Source: Abditibacterium sp.
Lineage (GTDB): Bacteria > Armatimonadota > Abditibacteriia > Abditibacteriales > Abditibacteriaceae
Direction of reading: 5' to 3'
Length of the DNA: 64,000 bases
Assembly: GCA_965199495.1 (NCBI GenBank)
Contig: CBDASK010000003.1
Span: 3,744,001-3,808,000 of the forward strand
Under the pieces are notes generated by a model. It worked only from the letters and a program-made list of their open reading frames with translations, was not told the DNA's origin and did not search any database. Below, in pieces: positions 59,017 through 64,000 of the stretch. A program made the translations under genes and the position numbers. How positions within the stretch are numbered: the stretch's first letter is position 1; each line of letters opens with the position of its first letter.

Positions 59017-60024
59017 ATGGAATCGCAAAAAGTCGCTGTTTTGGGCGCGGGCAGTTGGGGCACCGCTTTGGCGTGTCTGGCGGCGCGCAACGGTCACGAT
59101 GTCGCGCTGTGGGCGCGCGACGAAAATTTGGTCGCCGCCATCAATCGCGAGGGCGCCAACCCTAAATATCTGCCTGGTGCCGACCTCAAAAACGTGCGCG
59201 CCAGCGCCGAATTGGACGAAGTTTTGAGCGGCGCGCAGTGGATTATTTCCGCCGTGCCGTGCGCGGGCGTGCCCGCCTTGGCGCCGCTCGTCGGGCAGTT
59301 GCGCGCGCGCGATGCGGTTGTGGTGAGTGGAACCAAAGGTTTGCATCCCGAAACCGGCGCGCGTGCCCAACAGTTGTGGTGCGCGGGCGCCGATTTGGGA
59401 AACGAACATTACGCGGCGCTGTCGGGGCCGAATTTGGCGCGCGAAATCGCGGCGGGCGTGCCGACTTCGTCGGTCGTGGCTTCGCTCTCAGCCACGACGG
59501 CTGACCGCGCGCAGGATTTGTTCACTTCGCAACTGTTTCGCGTTTATACCAACACCGATTTGTTGGGCGTCGAGCTGGGCGGCGCCTTGAAAAACGTTGT
59601 GGCGATTGCCGCCGGGATTTGCGACGGCTTCGAGTTCGGCGACAACGCCAAAGCTGCTTTGATGACGCGTCACTGGCGCGAGATGACGCGTCTGGCCGTC
59701 GCGTGCGGCGCGCGCGAAACCACGCTCTTTGGCCTGAGCGGAGTGGGCGACTTATTTGCAACCTGCGCCAGCCCGCACTCGCGCAATCACTCTTTGGGCG
59801 AGCGTCTGGGGCGCGGCGAAAACTTGGACGATGCGCGGCGCGAAGTCATGCAAGTCGTTGAAGGCGTGCATACCGCGCGCGCCGCACTCAATTTGGCGCG
59901 TAAACACGGCGAGGAGTTGCCAGTGACACAGCAATTGGCCGCCGTTTTGTTCGAGGGCCAACCGGTGCGCGAAGCGATTGGCGCGCTGATGAACCGGCGC
60001 GGCAAAGCCGAAATCGAGGATTGA
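59017..60024 (+). CDS. gpsA: NAD(P)H-dependent glycerol-3-phosphate dehydrogenase
   Basis: GAGSWGTALA, SGPNLAREI, GGALKNV, GDNAKAAL and SRN. Confidence 0.96.
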   Translation: MESQKVAVLGAGSWGTALACLAARNGHDVALWARDENLVAAINREGANPKYLPGADLKNVRASAELDEVLSGAQWIISAVPCAGVPALAPLVGQLRARDAVVVSGTKGLHPETGARAQQLWCAGADLGNEHYAALSGPNLAREIAAGVPTSSVVASLSATTADRAQDLFTSQLFRVYTNTDLLGVELGGALKNVVAIAAGICDGFEFGDNAKAALMTRHWREMTRLAVACGARETTLFGLSGVGDLFATCASPHSRNHSLGERLGRGENLDDARREVMQVVEGVHTARAALNLARKHGEELPVTQQLAAVLFEGQPVREAIGALMNRRGKAEIED

Positions 60025-60066
60025 TCCATCGTCCCGTCCGTAATACCAAAAGGAACCAAAACAAAA

Positions 60067-60480
60067 ATGTCAGATACCAATATTAAAAGCAAAGGCGATG
60101 TCGTGGACGAAGTGGCGGCGCTGGTTGATATGCCGCAGACCAAAGTGGACGCGGTTTTAAAAGCGTTTGTCGAAACAATCAAGCGTCAGGCGGCGAGTGG
60201 CGGCGAAACGCGCATGGTCGGCTTCGGTTCGTTCAAAGTCACGCATCGCGCGTCGCGCACCTCGCGCAATCCGCAAACCGGCGAGCCAATCGAAGTCGGC
60301 GCGCACAACGCGATTCGATTCGTGCCGGGTCAAGCCCTCAAAGACGCGGCGACTTCGTCTTTCCAAGACGCGGCGCCCAAAGCCAAGCCCGCCAAAGCGA
60401 AAAAAGCGCCTGACGAAGCCGCAAATGTCGTTCAGGCCGAAGCGAAGAAAGAGAAGAAAACCAAAAAGAAAAAAGCGTAG
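60067..60480 (+). CDS. HU family DNA-binding protein with Lys/Ala-rich tail
   Basis: GFGSF, RNPQTGE and F.PG..LK, followed by PKAKPAKAKK...KKKA. Confidence 0.92.
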   Translation: MSDTNIKSKGDVVDEVAALVDMPQTKVDAVLKAFVETIKRQAASGGETRMVGFGSFKVTHRASRTSRNPQTGEPIEVGAHNAIRFVPGQALKDAATSSFQDAAPKAKPAKAKKAPDEAANVVQAEAKKEKKTKKKKA

Positions 60481-60528
60481 GATCGCGCGATTTGACACGG
60501 CGCGGGCCAACGCGTTTAAAATTAAAAC

Positions 60529-61491
60529 GTGGATTTATTAACCCCTTCGCTGCCTCTGATCGAGGCGCTCCAACGTTATCGCTGGCTCGCCGAGCCGATG
60601 AAACTGTTTTCGTTTCTCGGCTCGGAACTTTTTTTTCTGCTGCTGTTGCCGCTGGTTTATTGGAACATCAACCGTCGCGTCGGCGCGCGATTGGGACTTT
60701 TATTTATCGGCAACGTTTTGATTAACGATTGGATTAAAGTCATCTTCGCGATGCCGCGTCCGTTTTGGTCGCAGGGCATCGCGCAGTTGGCGTCCAAGCC
60801 CGAAGTCACGTTTGGCTTTCCGTCGGGCCACGCGCAAAACACCGCCGCGATCTGGACTTTTTTGGCGCTGCAAACCAAACGCCCGCGCTTGTGGGTAATT
60901 TTATCGTTCGCGCTTTTAGTTTTAGTCGCGCTTTCGCGAATGTTCGTCGGCGCCCATTATCCGCTCGACGTGGTCGGCGGCGCCATTTTTGGCTATTTAT
61001 TACTGGGAATTTTTCTGCGCGCCGAGCGACCGTTATTGCGGTGGCTGGGGCCAACGTTGCCACGGCGCCTTGGATTTTTAGTTGTGTCGTGCATTATATT
61101 GAGCCTATTTTATTGGCTGGCCGCGCGCCGTTTGGTTGTGCCCTCGCCAAACTCGCCCGCCTTCGAGACCTATATTGAATCCATCAATGGCGTGAACTTC
61201 GCCAAACGCGTCGGCGCGTTGTTTGGCATGGGCAGTGGCTTGATACTCGCGTTTCGCATCGTGCCGTTTGCCATCGAAGCGACGCTCGTCCAAAAAATCG
61301 CGCGTTTCGTCGTTGGCATTGGCGGTTTGATGATTGTTCGCGCGGCGACTTCCAAACTGTTGCCCGACAATGGGCCGTGCGCGTTTACCGGTTATTTTCT
61401 GTTGACGTTTTGGGTGACTCTCGTTGCGCCGCTGATTTTTACGCGCTTAAAGTTGATGCAACTCGAAGCGCGCGAGCCAGTCGCCGCGTAA
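60529..61491 (+). CDS. PAP2 family phosphatase
   Basis: K....PRP, FPSGHA and SRMFVGAHYPLD. Confidence 0.92.
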   Translation: MDLLTPSLPLIEALQRYRWLAEPMKLFSFLGSELFFLLLLPLVYWNINRRVGARLGLLFIGNVLINDWIKVIFAMPRPFWSQGIAQLASKPEVTFGFPSGHAQNTAAIWTFLALQTKRPRLWVILSFALLVLVALSRMFVGAHYPLDVVGGAIFGYLLLGIFLRAERPLLRWLGPTLPRRLGFLVVSCIILSLFYWLAARRLVVPSPNSPAFETYIESINGVNFAKRVGALFGMGSGLILAFRIVPFAIEATLVQKIARFVVGIGGLMIVRAATSKLLPDNGPCAFTGYFLLTFWVTLVAPLIFTRLKLMQLEAREPVAA

Positions 61492-61592
61492 ATGCGCCGA
61501 CTGAGAACTCAATCCTAAACACTTGCCAACGCACCGCGCGTGGGTGCGATTTGTCCAACGAATGGCGCATCATTTTTGCAGCGCCCGCCGCC

Positions 61593-63806
61593 ATGAACTC
61601 TCGATTCTTTATTTCTGCTCTTGGTTTATCGTTGGCCCTGATGCCCGCCGCGCGCGCGCAGGGCGTACTCGATCCCGGTGTGGTTAATCCGTTGGGCCGC
61701 AATCCCGTCGTTGGTGCGCCCGGTCAGACCGATATGACGGGCGACGTGGCTGCTCCCGCGCGTCCGACCAATGTCGTGAACATTAACGCGAATAATCTGG
61801 CAAATTTGCCGACATTGCTCAACAGTGCTGGCGCGATTTCGCTGGGCGTTTATGCCGAAGATTTGGACAAAAATCCCGCCGCGCGCGACGCCTTATTGAA
61901 CTATGTCGGGCAGGGCGGAACGGTATTTTTGCATACCGATGCTGCGCGTTTGTTTGGCTATCGCACCGTGGCCGCGCGCGAAACCACGAATCGGCAAGTC
62001 GGCCAACTTTATGGGCGCGCGCGCGCGGCAGTGCCGTTTGGAACTGTCCCGCTTTTGTGGAACGATGGCGCTAACGCGGAGCGCGGCCCCGTTCGCGCAC
62101 CCGGCATCAACAACGTGTTTTATACGCTGCGTGCGGGCGATGATTTGGTCATTGACCATCCGGCGGGCACGCCGTTGTTGCAGGTCAGCGGCAGTGGCTC
62201 GAACAGTCCGCTTTACGCGGCGGCGATTGCGCCTTATGGCGCGGGCTGGGCGGTTTTTACGCCCGATTTCATTGACCAAAAGCGTGGCGATGGCGCCGCT
62301 TTCGCGCGCAATTTATTGAAGTTGGTCGGCGGCTCGCGCTACGTCGGCGTTTCGCAGGCCGCCATCGGGAGCGGCGACGGATTGTTGGCGGCGCTCAGTC
62401 GGGCTGCGCAAAACGGCAACGGCCAGAGCGCGCCTTTGCCAGGTTTTGGCACCAATTTGCCGACAGCCCGCGTAAATAACGGCGCCGTGATGGGCCAAGC
62501 GCCCGCCGCCTTGCAAAACGAGCAAATCATAATGAAAGGAAACGCGCCGGTGCCGCCGGAAACTGCAGCCACGGCGCCAACGGACATGTCGGCGCCCGGC
62601 CCGGTTTTGCTGCTGACGCGCAACGAAGCCACGGCGTTTGGCACGGCCTTACAAAACGAGCCGCAGGGACGCGGCGCGGTGGCCCTCGCGATTTTGCGCG
62701 CGCGCGTCGCGTTGCTCAATGGCGATGCGCAAGCGGCGCAAACGCAACTGGCGTTGGCCGATCGTCTGGCGCCCAGCACGGGCGAAACTCAATTTTTGCG
62801 CGGCGCGGCGGCTATTGCGGGCGCGACTTTCATCGGTTCTGTCTCGCCCGACCGCGCGAGTAGCGCCAATTTGGCGGCCAATTCGTTCGCGGCGGCGGGC
62901 CGCGCCAAGCCCTATTTTCTGGCGCCCGGTTCGGCCAACGGCGTGTTTTTCGACAATATCACTGGCGCCAATCTCAATTCGCTGGGCGCGCAGATCAATC
63001 GGTTTTCGCAGGTTCTGGGATTGGAGCCGCCGCTCTCGCTCGTTGTTGGCAATGGCGCTTCGGCGGTAACGATTCGCTATTTCGATGGCGATAGCGCGGT
63101 GCCTTTCGTGCAACGCGCCGCCGCCGAATTGGCGAGTTCCGAGCTGTTTAGCGGATTGGTGGACGGTCAGGAAATTCTGCTGTTTCCCACGCCCGAACTT
63201 TACCAGCGTTATCGCGCCGCCGCCGGTTTGGAGCAGCAAAATGTGCCGCTCCCGGCGGCCTCGCTGGGCGATGTGGTGGATGGACGCATTTTGATGGTTT
63301 CGATTCCCGCCGCGCGCCCGATTGCCGTTGGCCCCGGCGGCGTGCCGCGCCCGCTACCATTGCGGGCCACCAGCGCGAATTTGCTGGCGCGCTTCGAGAC
63401 CTACGCGCTCTTCGATTCTTATGTCGGCGATAGCAATGGTCGCATTCCGTCGTGGATGGTGCTGGGACTTTCGACGCTGGCCGATTTGACGCTCAATGGC
63501 GACACGCTCAGCGCGCAATACGATCAGGAATTGCGCCGCTATGCGGCAACGGGCAATCTGCTGGCGCCGCGCCAATTCGACGCGCAGTTGGGCGAGTCTT
63601 CGGTATTGGCGCTGGCGCAATCCACGGCCATTATGCGCTATTTCTATGCGCGCTTTGGCGCGGGCAACGTCGCCGAAACCATCCAGCGCATCGGCGCCGG
63701 TCAAAGCGTGGACGACGCGCTCACAGCCACGACGGGCCTCAACGAGTTGGGATTGTTCCGCGAATGGCGCAACGCCCAGTTTGAGGGACTCAATTTGCCC
63801 AATTAA
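61593..63806 (+). CDS. Secreted protein with a C-terminal peptidase MA-like domain
   Basis: Signal peptide; C-terminal IP.W...GL...; YF...FG; AL...TG pattern. Confidence 0.55.
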   Translation: MNSRFFISALGLSLALMPAARAQGVLDPGVVNPLGRNPVVGAPGQTDMTGDVAAPARPTNVVNINANNLANLPTLLNSAGAISLGVYAEDLDKNPAARDALLNYVGQGGTVFLHTDAARLFGYRTVAARETTNRQVGQLYGRARAAVPFGTVPLLWNDGANAERGPVRAPGINNVFYTLRAGDDLVIDHPAGTPLLQVSGSGSNSPLYAAAIAPYGAGWAVFTPDFIDQKRGDGAAFARNLLKLVGGSRYVGVSQAAIGSGDGLLAALSRAAQNGNGQSAPLPGFGTNLPTARVNNGAVMGQAPAALQNEQIIMKGNAPVPPETAATAPTDMSAPGPVLLLTRNEATAFGTALQNEPQGRGAVALAILRARVALLNGDAQAAQTQLALADRLAPSTGETQFLRGAAAIAGATFIGSVSPDRASSANLAANSFAAAGRAKPYFLAPGSANGVFFDNITGANLNSLGAQINRFSQVLGLEPPLSLVVGNGASAVTIRYFDGDSAVPFVQRAAAELASSELFSGLVDGQEILLFPTPELYQRYRAAAGLEQQNVPLPAASLGDVVDGRILMVSIPAARPIAVGPGGVPRPLPLRATSANLLARFETYALFDSYVGDSNGRIPSWMVLGLSTLADLTLNGDTLSAQYDQELRRYAATGNLLAPRQFDAQLGESSVLALAQSTAIMRYFYARFGAGNVAETIQRIGAGQSVDDALTATTGLNELGLFREWRNAQFEGLNLPN

Positions 63807-64000
63807 GTGAATCGAGCCAATCCCAAATGGTTATCGCGAAAAACTGTTGCTTGCAATCCGCATTAAACGGGCGCGCAACGCGACGAGAAATTCGCGTTCT
63901 AAAAGGCTCAACAACGCGTTGCGAACGCGCTTAACCCTTGCGATGAAATCTTCGTCTTCCCCGCCCCGCGACTGCGCTGGTATCGCCCCTCAACTCACCG

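Noticed and set aside
63928..64000. Possible 3' end of a minus-strand gene
   Set aside because: Too short to identify.

Overview
High-GC bacterial chromosome segment. The gene content and style suggest Armatimonadota/Abditibacteriota, but this assignment is tentative. It holds two translation clusters: adk-infA-rpmJ-rpsM-rpsK-rpsD-rpoA-rplQ-truA-rplM-rpsI, and five tRNAs followed by secE-nusG-rplK-rplA-rplJ-rplL. It also holds murA, uvrC, zwf/pgl, sbcCD, an Rrf2-sat-mec-cysM sulfur cluster, several glycoside hydrolases, ABC transporters, gpsA and HU. Most notable: (1) the non-palindromic motif CGNCGTGGCTG(C) recurs about every 1.5 kb on both strands and in several reading frames, like a DNA uptake sequence; (2) the rplQ-truA junction carries a low-GC NDT-like cargo gene, and the same two flanks reappear around a different cargo gene between zwf and pgl; (3) a bacterial protein closely resembles the eukaryotic lariat debranching enzyme Dbr1; (4) the ATP sulfurylase has substituted active-site motifs; (5) many unrelated palindromic elements sit in housekeeping operon junctions; (6) two divergent tRNA-Trp genes lie in tandem with no tuf or rpmG. 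No CRISPR array, transposase, integrase or reverse transcriptase was recognised. All counts and alignments were done by eye.
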